DNA from: Acidobacteriota bacterium
GTDB taxonomy: Bacteria > Acidobacteriota > UBA6911 > RPQK01 > JADFOI01
Length of the DNA stretch: 64,000 nt
Direction of reading: 5' to 3'
Assembly: GCA_963663035.1 (NCBI GenBank)
Contig: OY760074.1
Location: forward strand, 3,258,967 to 3,322,966
Positions 18,807 through 28,145 of the stretch are shown one piece after another; position 1 is the stretch's first letter; each line of letters starts with the position of its first letter. Below the pieces are notes generated by a model. It did no database searches, was not told the origin of the DNA, and saw only the letters and a program-made list of their open reading frames with translations. The translations under genes were made by a program, and so were the position numbers.

Positions 18807-19660
18807 GCCTCCTCGCCATTGGCCTGTTCTATGTGACGGTGAGCTTCACCCCGTTGTCCGCCACCGGCCAGGATGAGGGTGCCCTCAGGACAGAGGCTGG
18901 GACTTGGCCGTCTCAGAGCTCTCGCCTGGTTCGCTTTGCCAACGATGCCCTGACAGTGGAAGTAAAAGATGCTCCGCTGGAGGAGGTGCTTCGGGAAGTT
19001 GCCCGTCAGAGCGGTCTCAGTATCGTGTGGTATGGCACAATCTCAGAGAGTATCTCCATAAGCTTTCAGCGGCTCTCCCTGGAGAAGGCCTTGACTCGGA
19101 TCTTGCGCAATCACAGTTTTGCCCTGGCCTACTCTCAGGCTCGAGAGGGTCCCTCCAAGGATGCACGACTGAGGGAGCTGTGGATTATCCCCAAAGGAGC
19201 AAAAGGCGCTCCGGTCCCATCCACTGTTGTTGTGTCCAAGACCGAAGAGGACCTTCTCCGGGAAGAAGCCACAGATTTCGCCCTGTTGCGAGCTGCCCTC
19301 AGGAGTGACGATTCCTGGGAACGGGAAGATGCAGTGGAGGCCTTGGCAGAGATAGGACGCCCCGAGGCTGTACAGTTCCTGCGTCCGGCCCTGAGGGACG
19401 AGGATGAGGATGTGCGGGAGGCAGCCATTGCCGCTCTTGCTAACATCGGTGGAGATGAGGCAGCCCTGGCCTTGGCCATCGTCCTGCAAGACGAGGATGA
19501 GTGGTTCCGTGAGGAGGCTGTAGAGGCTCTGGGTGAGATCGGCGGAGAGAGTGCCATTCGGCTTCTGGAGCAAGCCTTGGAAGATGAAAACGAAGACGTC
19601 CGCGAGATCGCTGCAGACCTGCTGGAAGAGCTGAGAGAGAACTCTAGCGAAAGGCCCTAA
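18803..19660 (+). CDS. secreted protein with STN-like domain and HEAT/PBS-lyase repeats
   Basis: Signal-like LLAIGLFYVTVSFTPLSATGQ; VEVKDAPLEEVLREVARQSGLSIV (STN-like); four EDVREAAIAAL-type HEAT repeats; 5' end lies in repeat D, start codon uncertain. Confidence 0.5.
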   Translation, partial: ASLLAIGLFYVTVSFTPLSATGQDEGALRTEAGTWPSQSSRLVRFANDALTVEVKDAPLEEVLREVARQSGLSIVWYGTISESISISFQRLSLEKALTRILRNHSFALAYSQAREGPSKDARLRELWIIPKGAKGAPVPSTVVVSKTEEDLLREEATDFALLRAALRSDDSWEREDAVEALAEIGRPEAVQFLRPALRDEDEDVREAAIAALANIGGDEAALALAIVLQDEDEWFREEAVEALGEIGGESAIRLLEQALEDENEDVREIAADLLEELRENSSERP

Positions 19661-21282
19661 TCAATCATTTCCAATAAAAGACGCGAATCATTCTCGCGGG
19701 GATAGTCCAAACCCAGAAGTATGGCAAGGGTGGGGGCAATATCCTCAGGCCCGCAGGGGTCTGGATAGGATCCGGGCTCAATTCCCGGACCCATGAAGAG
19801 GATGGGAACGTGCCGGTCGTAATCGTATGGGGTGCCGTGACCGGTTCCTCCGACATAAGAATCGAGGTAAAGGAATTTTTTAACCAGGACCATCAGGTGA
19901 GGGCTTCTCGGTTGGAAAAAGGAATTCCGGAACAGCTCGATGTAGGGATCGCTTGAAGGTTCGTTACTCAAGAGCTGGGCATGAGTGTAGACGGCCTCCA
20001 CCAGACCCGTCGAGAGAAGCGCACTGATGATCGTAGTCTCCACCTCCGTGCGATCCAGCCGGTGTCTTTGAAGCACCTCCTCGTCAAGATAGATATCCCT
20101 GGAAGAATCAGCGATCAAGTTCTCTACACCCGGATATTGATTCTCCAGCGCCTGCTCCACTGCTGCCTCCAAAACCTGGGGATGGGCTCGTCGGGCCTCG
20201 ATGCCCTTGCCTTGTAGAGTTTCCACCAGAGGGAGAACCCCGTGATCTGCTGTCAGGACCACCAGAGTCTTGTCCAGACCAACGCTGGCTTCAATCTCCT
20301 GAAACAGGCTCTCCAGAATGAGGTCCAGTCGGAGAAGCTGATCCATCATCTCCTGGCTCGCAGGTCCATAGGTGTGGCCCACAATGTCGGTTGAGGAAAA
20401 TCCGATGGCCAGAATATCAGTCGAGGTGTCCACACCGAGTTGGTGGGCTCTCATTGCCTGAAGCGCCACCGACAGTGTCAGTTCGTCGGCAAAGGGTGTG
20501 CGCCCCAGATCGTCATAGAATCCCCTTTCGGGAGGAGTTCCGCGGATGGAATGGGGAAAAACGGTATCCTTGCGGTCCCACTCCCCCTCGATTGCGTCGG
20601 GTCCCGCATATCTCTCATACAGGTTCTCCTCCAGCAGGCGGGTCCACTTCTGACCCGCATAGCGGTCCGCCAAACGCTGTTTGTTCCATTCTTCCAGCCA
20701 GGCGGGAGCTTTGTTCATATAGTAAGTACTGGTGATGAAGTTGCCCCCCGAGGCTTCGTACCAGTAGGCGGCATCCCCTCGATGCCCGGCCATGAGGATA
20801 GCTGAACGATCCTTAAAAGCCACAGCGACCACGCGGGACTCCGGACTCTTCTGCTTCAGCACATCGCCCACTGTGAAACCTAAAAAGTTGACCGGAGAGG
20901 CCTTCCGCCCCTCGCCCCCAAGCGGTGACTGCACGGGATCTTCCACCACGTTGATCGTTCTCTTTAGGAACGGATCGTACCAGGCGTCGGCAACAATTCC
21001 CGAGTGGCTGGGATGACGGCCCGAAAGGATCACCGAATGACCGGGACCTGTTGCGGTCATGGCATGCCGAAAATGGGCGTTAGGGAAGACCGCAGCCTGC
21101 TCCTGCAGAGTGCGAAAACCTCCTTTGAAGAGATCACCGAAGCGCGTCAAGTAATCAAAGCGCATCTGGTCGATGGAGAGGACCAGGATCAGCTTGGGCT
21201 GGGCGGCACTCTGCTCCTGCCCCAGCGATGGCAAAAGGATCATCGCTGTCAACACTACAGCTGCCAGCCCGAATCTCTTCAT
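19657..21282 (-). CDS. PafA-like alkaline phosphatase / nucleotide pyrophosphatase-phosphodiesterase family protein
   Basis: Signal peptide MKRFGLAAVVLTAMILL; LILVLSIDQMRFDY...ATGPGHSVILSGRHPSHSGIV; metal ligands DHG, HGT. Confidence 0.7.
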   Translation of the reverse strand: MKRFGLAAVVLTAMILLPSLGQEQSAAQPKLILVLSIDQMRFDYLTRFGDLFKGGFRTLQEQAAVFPNAHFRHAMTATGPGHSVILSGRHPSHSGIVADAWYDPFLKRTINVVEDPVQSPLGGEGRKASPVNFLGFTVGDVLKQKSPESRVVAVAFKDRSAILMAGHRGDAAYWYEASGGNFITSTYYMNKAPAWLEEWNKQRLADRYAGQKWTRLLEENLYERYAGPDAIEGEWDRKDTVFPHSIRGTPPERGFYDDLGRTPFADELTLSVALQAMRAHQLGVDTSTDILAIGFSSTDIVGHTYGPASQEMMDQLLRLDLILESLFQEIEASVGLDKTLVVLTADHGVLPLVETLQGKGIEARRAHPQVLEAAVEQALENQYPGVENLIADSSRDIYLDEEVLQRHRLDRTEVETTIISALLSTGLVEAVYTHAQLLSNEPSSDPYIELFRNSFFQPRSPHLMVLVKKFLYLDSYVGGTGHGTPYDYDRHVPILFMGPGIEPGSYPDPCGPEDIAPTLAILLGLDYPRENDSRLLLEMID

Positions 21283-21337
21283 GAACCAATAGGATCTCAT
21301 AAAATGTGGGGACAGCCCACATTTTCCGCCCCAGCCC

Positions 21338-22006
21338 TTGCCTGAGGATGAGTTGTTTATCATAATAGGTTCCAATAATATGCTGCCCCGTTCAGACTAT
21401 TACAGAATGCCGGCCAATCCCTGGATTAGCTTCAAGTACTGTGACCTCACGAAGCTGATCAAGCTGCGCGTGAGCCCGAGCATCAGAAAGCGCTACAAGA
21501 ACTTCGACGGCGCCATAGCCCTGGGAGAGATGGCTCCTGAAATCGACCTCAAGGGCGATAACGGTGAGGGGTTCCGCCTTTCTGACAGAATTGGCAAGAA
21601 GAACGTGGTTCTGGTCTTTGGCGCCATAACCTGACCGCCCTATCGCGGGCAGGTGTCCGCCATAGAGGAGGTGGCCAGGAAATACCATGATGCCGAGATC
21701 TGGCACCTGTATGTCCGGGAGCCGCATGCCCAGGAACGCGGATTCAAGAAGTATTTCAAGCACAAGGACTACCAGGATCGGGTTGCCTATGCTCAGGAAT
21801 TGCGCGAGGTCATGAACATCAAAAGCCCCATTGTGCTGGACGGCATGGATGAGAAAATTCATCTCCAGTACGGGAACATGCCCAATGCTGTCTATGTCGT
21901 CGACAAGGAGGGGAAGGTCGTCTACAAGGCCAACTGGACTGACTCAGCTGTGGTGGACCAGGTCCTGGCTGAGTTACAGGCTGAGGAAGCCAGTCCGGGG
22001 CTCTAG
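21338..22006 (+). CDS. iodothyronine-deiodinase-like thioredoxin-fold selenoprotein candidate (in-frame TGA at 21632-21634 read as Sec)
   Basis: Two same-frame ORFs separated only by TGA; context VVLVFGAIT-U-PPYRGQ matches the deiodinase active site FGSxT-U-PPF; thioredoxin-fold C-terminus; candidate SECIS hairpin GCGG-GCAGGUGU-CCGC 12 nt downstream. Confidence 0.6.
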
Positions 22007-22207
22007 CCCGGATTATGCATAGGTTCTCGTCATGAAGCGGCGAAAGCGCCGGAAAACAGAGCCGCGGGCTTTAGCCCACGGGCCCGCAGGCTAAAGCCTG
22101 CGGGCCCGACTGGCGCGCGAGGGGTACCCCGCTTGCGGGTCGCGCAACGCTGGCAGGGCGGATGATTTCGCCGATGCAGTAGAGAATTTATGCATAATCC
22201 GGGCTTA
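22004..22207 (-). repeat. family-1 MITE-like repeat, copy E (reverse orientation; its terminal TAG is the stop codon of the upstream gene)
   Basis: TA-GCCCGGATTATGCATA ... TATGCATAATCCGGGC-TTA; carries the distal hairpin modules but only one GACCCGCAAGCGGGT dyad. Confidence 0.75.
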
Positions 22208-22237
22208 AACCTGGAACTTATAGAGAGGGAGGAACTT

Positions 22238-22684
22238 ATGAAAAAAGGATTTCTGTTATTGATGGTTCTACCGCTTGGACTCACTTTCTGTGGTTCCGGC
22301 GAGCAGCAGGTGGCCAGCGCCGAGCAGCAGGCCGTCGTCACTTCATTTCAGTCCTACGTCGCTTCTCAGGTAGCTCTGGCTGGCGACAATTTTAGTGCAG
22401 CCGGGACTGCTCTTGCAGAGTTGGCCACGGAGAGCACCGGTGATCTGAAAGTGCTGGCTGAGGAGGCTGCCCAAGCCGAGGATATCGAAAGTATGCGCAC
22501 GGCCTTTATACCCCTTTCCGAGGAGGTTGCGAAGCTGGACCTCCCTGAAGGATTAGTGGTGGCCTTTTGTCCCATGGCCAATAACAGCCAGGGTGCAAAC
22601 TGGGTTCAAGCAGACGGAGCCATCAATAATCCCTACTTTGGATCTGCCATGCTGGACTGTGGCGAGATCGTGCAAGAGAACTAG
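22238..22684 (+). CDS. DUF3347-like lipoprotein
   Basis: Lipobox LTFCGS; conserved CPM ... NPYFG ... MLDCG pattern. Confidence 0.5.
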   Translation: MKKGFLLLMVLPLGLTFCGSGEQQVASAEQQAVVTSFQSYVASQVALAGDNFSAAGTALAELATESTGDLKVLAEEAAQAEDIESMRTAFIPLSEEVAKLDLPEGLVVAFCPMANNSQGANWVQADGAINNPYFGSAMLDCGEIVQEN

Positions 22685-23340
22685 ATTCTGGATCCCCGGC
22701 CCGATTGTAGTTGGCCGAGTTGGCTGAAAAGCAAGTAAAAACCCCAGAGCAGGGAGAGAGCAACCACAGCGATTCCAGAGTAGTGAGCCAGCTCTGCCAG
22801 GAAGTGATCGTATTCGAGCCATCCGAGTTGGGTCAGTAGGTTGTTCCAGTCATGATAGCCGGGCCGATCCCGGCCGGTCACTCCCCCCAGCAGCATCAGC
22901 TCTTGGGCACGAGCGTCGTTGATGTAAGGTGCAAGCTCAATCAGACTTTGCCCTGTCCACCACAGCGTCACCGATGCCGCAAAAGTGTCCAGGTGGCGGG
23001 TCAGGAATGCCACCGTGCAGATTAATGGCACCAGTACCTGAAGAAGTGATCCACCCAGAATTGTCATGAAGCGGCCCAGTGGCAGGAATACCACGTGCCC
23101 AGCTTCGTGAAAGACAAGATTGACCCTGGACAGGATGAAATGGGGGAGAGAGGGCAACATCTGGGAACGTTCGATACTCAACGTCATGAAGGTCCAGCCC
23201 ATCACCAGCAGGGCTAGCCAGATAATGCCGCAGGCCACGATTTGGCCTCCGTTGGATTTTTCAGGCAGCGTGAGAGCACGCTGAACAACTCGGACCAGCG
23301 GACCCCCGGAATCAGCTTCCCATTCCTCTCTTCCCTCCAT
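22681..23340 (-). CDS. multi-pass membrane protein with HExxH motif (putative intramembrane metalloprotease)
   Basis: FHEAGHVVF within a hydrophobic protein of ~6 predicted helices. Confidence 0.4.
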   Translation of the reverse strand: MEGREEWEADSGGPLVRVVQRALTLPEKSNGGQIVACGIIWLALLVMGWTFMTLSIERSQMLPSLPHFILSRVNLVFHEAGHVVFLPLGRFMTILGGSLLQVLVPLICTVAFLTRHLDTFAASVTLWWTGQSLIELAPYINDARAQELMLLGGVTGRDRPGYHDWNNLLTQLGWLEYDHFLAELAHYSGIAVVALSLLWGFYLLFSQLGQLQSGRGSRI

Positions 23341-23444
23341 ACTTCCATCCTACCAGGTGCCCAGCCCTTTCTGAGGGATCGGTCGGAGAAGTAACGGGGT
23401 CAGGAAAGATAGAGAGGAAACGAAAGGTTGCAAGGCCGATCTTT

Positions 23445-24266
23445 TCAGTTTCCTGAACTTGCAGGCTGCTTCAGGGCCCTGTTCAGGAATGCAACAGTCT
23501 TGATCCAGGCATCCTCTGTCTTTTCAGCATCGTGCCCTGGGTTGGATGGGTTGGCAAAGGCATGGCCAACACCTTCATAGAGGTAGATCTCGTTTTCAAT
23601 TCCCAGCTGATTTAAGGCTTGCTCAAACTCCTGGACTGACTCCACAGAGATGACCGCGTCCTGGTCGGCAAAGACTCCCAGGACCGGCCACTGAATACTG
23701 GAAAGCTGTTCCGGATCAGTCTCCAAAGCTCCATAATAAATAACCGTGGCCGCCAAGCTCTCATTGAGTGAGAGCTGCATGGACATGCCTCCCCCAAAGC
23801 ACCAGCCCATGGAGGCGACGGCCTCTGCCATGACGAAGTCCGCTTCCCTCAGAAAGGAGACGGCACTTTTCATATGCTCGACCGCCTCACCTGTATTTTG
23901 CCTGACCTCAGAAGCAAATTCCCCTGCCTCTTCGGACGTCGAGGCGACTCTGCCGTCATATAAATCAACAGCCAAAACGACATAGTCCTCCTCAGCCAGG
24001 GCATGAGCCATCTCCTGGATATTGTCGTTGACTCCCCACCACTCGTGGATCATGACTACGGCCGGGAGTTTGCCCTCTACCGCAGGCCTCACTAAATAGC
24101 CTCTCTGGTCGTCACCAAAGGTCACCCACTCGCCACTCATAATCTCCTCCCGAGTCTCCTGCAAACTTTCCGCTCCCTGCTCTCCGGCCGATTCCGAGCC
24201 GGAAGGAACCTCACTTTGGCAGGCAGATAGAATCAATATCATGGATAGAAAAAAAACGTTTTTCAT
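23445..24266 (-). CDS. dienelactone hydrolase family lipoprotein
   Basis: LPAVVMIHEWWGVND...; nucleophile context GWCFGG; lipobox LSACQ. Confidence 0.75.
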   Translation of the reverse strand: MKNVFFLSMILILSACQSEVPSGSESAGEQGAESLQETREEIMSGEWVTFGDDQRGYLVRPAVEGKLPAVVMIHEWWGVNDNIQEMAHALAEEDYVVLAVDLYDGRVASTSEEAGEFASEVRQNTGEAVEHMKSAVSFLREADFVMAEAVASMGWCFGGGMSMQLSLNESLAATVIYYGALETDPEQLSSIQWPVLGVFADQDAVISVESVQEFEQALNQLGIENEIYLYEGVGHAFANPSNPGHDAEKTEDAWIKTVAFLNRALKQPASSGN

Positions 24267-24319
24267 TTAGGTGCCTCTTTTCTCCTGATCCTGGGGGATG
24301 TAATCTGGAGCAGAATAAC

Positions 24320-24646
24320 ATGTTCTGTCCTGAATGTAGTGCCGAATATCGAGAAGGCATTCTAGAGTGTTCGGATTGCCAGACTGCACTGGTCCCGGAA
24401 CTTCCACCCGAACCGCAGCTAGAGCCCACGCCAGAGCTGGAACTGGTCACCGTGCTGGCCACTGGCAATCCAGCCCGGATTGCGGTCGCAAAATCGCTTC
24501 TGGAGGACTCCGGGATCGAATACCTGACCAAGGATGAGGGGTTCCATGACCTCTTCCCTGTATCGAGATTCAGGATTAAGATCCAGGTCAGGCAAGAGGA
24601 TAAGGAAGAAGCTGGAGAACTGCTGGCAGATTTAGTGGAAGAGTGA
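24320..24646 (+). CDS. zinc-ribbon plus DUF2007-like small protein
   Basis: CPECSAEY...CSDCQ ribbon; LVTVLATGNPARIAVAKSLLEDSGIEY resembles DUF2007. Confidence 0.45.
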   Translation: MFCPECSAEYREGILECSDCQTALVPELPPEPQLEPTPELELVTVLATGNPARIAVAKSLLEDSGIEYLTKDEGFHDLFPVSRFRIKIQVRQEDKEEAGELLADLVEE

Positions 24647-24686
24647 TCACCGGGGTTTTTCCAACCAAGCTGAGCCTCCCCAGCTC

Positions 24687-27103
24687 TTATGGCATCAGGG
24701 GCATCCGCAGCAGCAGGTCGGTAAAGCGTGGATCGTCGCGGAGGGGGTCCCACGCTGGGCTTACTTTGAGAAAAGTCAAACCAGTTTCTCGTTCCGCGAA
24801 TGCCTTCTCCAACCACTCAAAGGCTTGGTCCTTTTCACCCAGGTAAGTATAGATGCCGGCAAATGTGACAGGTGAGACAGACTCACCCCGTTTTAGGCTT
24901 TCTGTCTCGTAGTCCAGCCACCACCGACTGAAGGCCTCTTTACCCGAAGCCGCGGCATCTGCAAGTCCTGCTACCTCTTCCTGGCTGGCTCCCCCAAGGA
25001 TCTGATCTCTTTGAAAAGCCACCGCTGCTTCCTGGTACTGCCCCATTAGAAAATATGCATAGCCCATCCTGTTCCAGGCCAGCTGGAAGTCTGGATTGAT
25101 CTCCAGCGCCGCCTCACTCTGCTCTATGGCTTCACTGTATCTACGGGCGTTAATAAAGTGTAGTGCTACAGCTTGTCTAGCCTCCAGGCTGAGTGGATCA
25201 AGCTCCTGAGCGCGCCTGATCTGAGCGATCGCTTCATCATGCTGACCCATTGTTGACAGGGCAAAGGAATAACCATAATGGGCCCGGTAAGAGCTGGGGT
25301 CGAGCTCAAGGGCTATTTTGTATTCCCTTTCCGCCCCCAGGTCGTCCCAATAGTAAGCACGTTTGAAATCTCCCAGGGCTGCGTAAGCTTCGGCCAGCGT
25401 GTTGTCGATCTCCAGTGCTCTCTTCGCCATCTCCTCCGCTAATGGCATGCCTTCCTGTACAGGTATGGCATCAAGAAAGACTGCAAGCGAATAGTAGGAT
25501 CGGGATAGGGCTGTGTAGGCTCGGGCGTAGTTTGGATCTTTTTCAATCGCTTTCTTGAAGTGCTGGATTGCGTTATCTACAGTCTCTCCCGTCAACTTTG
25601 CGTATTCAGCCTGACCCTTCAGATAGGCTTCATGTGCTTCGCTATTGTTGGTATAGCGTTTTGCTAGTTGTTCTTGCTCCTTGCCACTCAACTGGAGTCC
25701 CAGAGCATCGGCAATCTCCTTGCTGAGGGATTCTTCCATTTCATACAGTGCTGATCGTGGCCGGGTGTAGGTTTTCCCCCACAGCGTGCTGTTGTTCTGT
25801 GCATCCACCAGTTCCACATAAATCCTCAGGTTCTCTCCCTGGGAGGTCATGTTCCCGGTGACGACGGCTCCTACATCGACCTCTTGTACTACGGTCCCGG
25901 CATCTACGTCCTGATCCTTGTAGCGCCTCATTGAGGTACTGGAAATGACCTTCTCCAGTTCAGACAGCTGAGAGAGCCGGCTGATAATCCCCTCGGCAAG
26001 CCCGTCACTCACGTACTCCAACTCAGGGTCACCACTGCGGTTTTCAAACGGCAGGATGGCAATGGAATCGATGGCCTCGGCAGGAGCAGCAGTGAACGGC
26101 CAAAACAAGCAGCAGTGAACGGCCAAAACAAGGCGAGAAGCAAAAGGACAGCTAAGACCACTCCTCCACCCACCCCAGGCCAAAAGTAAATCCGCTTAGC
26201 TGGAATAGCTGCGGGTACGGTTGCAGTGGCGACTGACTCACCCGATGTATCTCTCTTCAACCTCTTCAGATCCACTAACAACTCTTTGGAAGACTGGCAA
26301 CGAATCTCCCTGTCTTTCTCCAGAGACTTGTTGATGATGTCCTCCAGCTTGTCAGGCAAATCCGGATTCAGTCGCACTGGAGCTGTAGGGGCTTTATTCA
26401 GAATCTCATCAAAGACGACCGCTGTCGTGCTTCCCTGAAACGGTAAACTCCCGGTCGCCATCTCATATAACACCACACCCAAAGAGAAAAGATCTGTCCG
26501 AGCATCCAGTTCCTCACCCCGCGCCTGCTCAGGCGACATGTAAGCGACTGTTCCCAAGGCCGTCCCAGGACTGGTGAGAGCCTGCTCCGACACCTGAGCG
26601 GTGGGCATTCTGGAGTCCACTTCCGTTTGCTCCTGGGTCAGCTTGGCCAGGCCGAAGTCCAGGACCTTGGCGTCGCCCCGCTGGGTGATGAAGATATTGC
26701 CCGGTTTGATGTCTCTGTGGACAATGCCCTTGGAATGAGCGGCATCTAAAGCATCGGCAATCTGGCTCCCCAGATCCAGCAGCTCGTCCGTTTGCATGGA
26801 GCTTCCCTGGATGCGGTGCTTGAGTGTCTGCCCTTCCAAAAACTCCATGACGATGAAGGGCTGGCTCTGGTGTTCGCCAATATCATGGATCACACAGATA
26901 TTCGGGTGGTTGAGGGCCGAGGCCGCCCTGGCTTCTCTTTGGAACCGTTCCAGGGCCTGTTTGTTCTGGGCGAACTTCTCAGGCAGAAACTTCAGGGCCA
27001 CATTGCGGCCCAGCCTGGTGTCTTCGGCCTTGTAGACGACACCCATTCCTCCGCTACCGAGTTTCTCCAGGATTTCGTAGTGTGAAATGGTTTGGCCGAT
27101 CAC
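24687..27103 (-). pseudogene. Ser/Thr protein kinase - TM - TolB-N-like - TPR protein, frame broken by a perfect 23-bp tandem duplication at 26086-26131
   Basis: Hanks kinase motifs ([25 protein letters not shown]) in 26009-27103; TolB-N-like plus about 8 TPR repeats in 24687-26183; the peptide LFWPFTAA is encoded twice; deleting one 23-bp unit restores one ORF. Confidence 0.65.
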
Positions 27104-27175
27104 TATTTGACTCCCCCTCCAGGCGGGTGTGATATCTCCTAGATGTTAAGCCTTAAGGGGTCTGAATGCAGTATA

Positions 27176-27260
27176 AAGAAAGGAGTCAGGAGAAAGGAGT
27201 CAGGAGATAGGAGGAGCTGTCAGCTGTCAGCGGGCCAGTTGTCAGTGGTCAGTGGTTCCG
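27176..27260. repeat. tandem short repeats (AAAGGAGTCAGGAG)x2, (CTGTCAG)x2, (TTGTCAGTGGTCAGTGG)
   Basis: Reverse complement of the CTCCTGA heptamer array at 9196-9214. Confidence 0.7.
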
Positions 27261-28080
27261 TGGTCAATTGCCAGCTTTCCAGGATGGGTATCAGCCCGTG
27301 GTCGGTGGTGTCCAATTGCAAAGGAGTGATGGCAATATAACCCTCCAGCAGGGCCCGCAGGTCGGTGTTGGGTGCGCCACCAGTTGCTGGCTGGTAACTC
27401 TGCCAAAAATAGTCCTGCCCGCCCGGCATCTCTCCCTTCACGTAAAAAGAACGGGAGACCTCCAGGCTGAGGGATACGATTCTCCCTCCCTTGACTTGAT
27501 CTTCCGGCAGCGCCGGGTAATTGACATTGAGGAAGGTTTTGGGTGGAAGCTTCTCTTTCAAGTACTTTTCCACCAGGTGGGCAGTGAATTCCGCTGCCGC
27601 CTTAAAGTCCATGTGGGAACCGGATTGAACGGAAACGGCGATAGAGGGAATCCCCTGAAAGGCAGCCTCACGGGCTGCAGCCACGGTGCCGGAGTAATAA
27701 CTCACCAGTCCCAGATTGTCACCATTGTTGCTGCCAGAGACCACAATATCCGGTCTGTCAGACAACAGACTTTCCAGTGCCAGGCTCACGCAAGTGGCTG
27801 GCCGGGCAGTGATGGCGTGCCAAACAGAACCTCCCTCATCTGTCCGCGTGGTCACGAAAATCGGAGTGCGTCCCGAGGTCAAACCATGGCTGCTAAGGCT
27901 CTGATTGGTGGCCGGAGCTGCCACGGTCACTGTGCCCACTCGACTGAGGGCCTGGTGCATGGCCAATAACCCGGGAGCGTCAATCCCATCGTCGTTGGTG
28001 AGGAGAATGTGGGGCAGGTTTTGAGAAAGACCGAAGACAGAGAAGGACAGTGTTACCAAGACAAGAAGCAGTTTTCTCAT
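27220..28080 (-). CDS. surE: 5'/3'-nucleotidase SurE (with signal peptide)
   Basis: ILLTNDDGIDAPGL...SGSNNGDNLG. Confidence 0.8.
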   Translation of the reverse strand: MRKLLLVLVTLSFSVFGLSQNLPHILLTNDDGIDAPGLLAMHQALSRVGTVTVAAPATNQSLSSHGLTSGRTPIFVTTRTDEGGSVWHAITARPATCVSLALESLLSDRPDIVVSGSNNGDNLGLVSYYSGTVAAAREAAFQGIPSIAVSVQSGSHMDFKAAAEFTAHLVEKYLKEKLPPKTFLNVNYPALPEDQVKGGRIVSLSLEVSRSFYVKGEMPGGQDYFWQSYQPATGGAPNTDLRALLEGYIAITPLQLDTTDHGLIPILESWQLTTEPLTTDNWPADS

Positions 28081-28145
28081 TCGATCACCTCCGATGGGAA
28101 AGGGTCAGCTGCGGGGCCTGCTTGCATCACACTTCTGTGTGCGAC

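Noticed and set aside
21632-21634. TGA between ORFs 21338-21634 and 21653-22006 as a pseudogene or sequencing error
   Set aside because: The stop sits exactly at the catalytic residue of a conserved deiodinase-like motif, the frame is maintained, and a SECIS-like hairpin follows; selenocysteine recoding is more parsimonious, though unproven.
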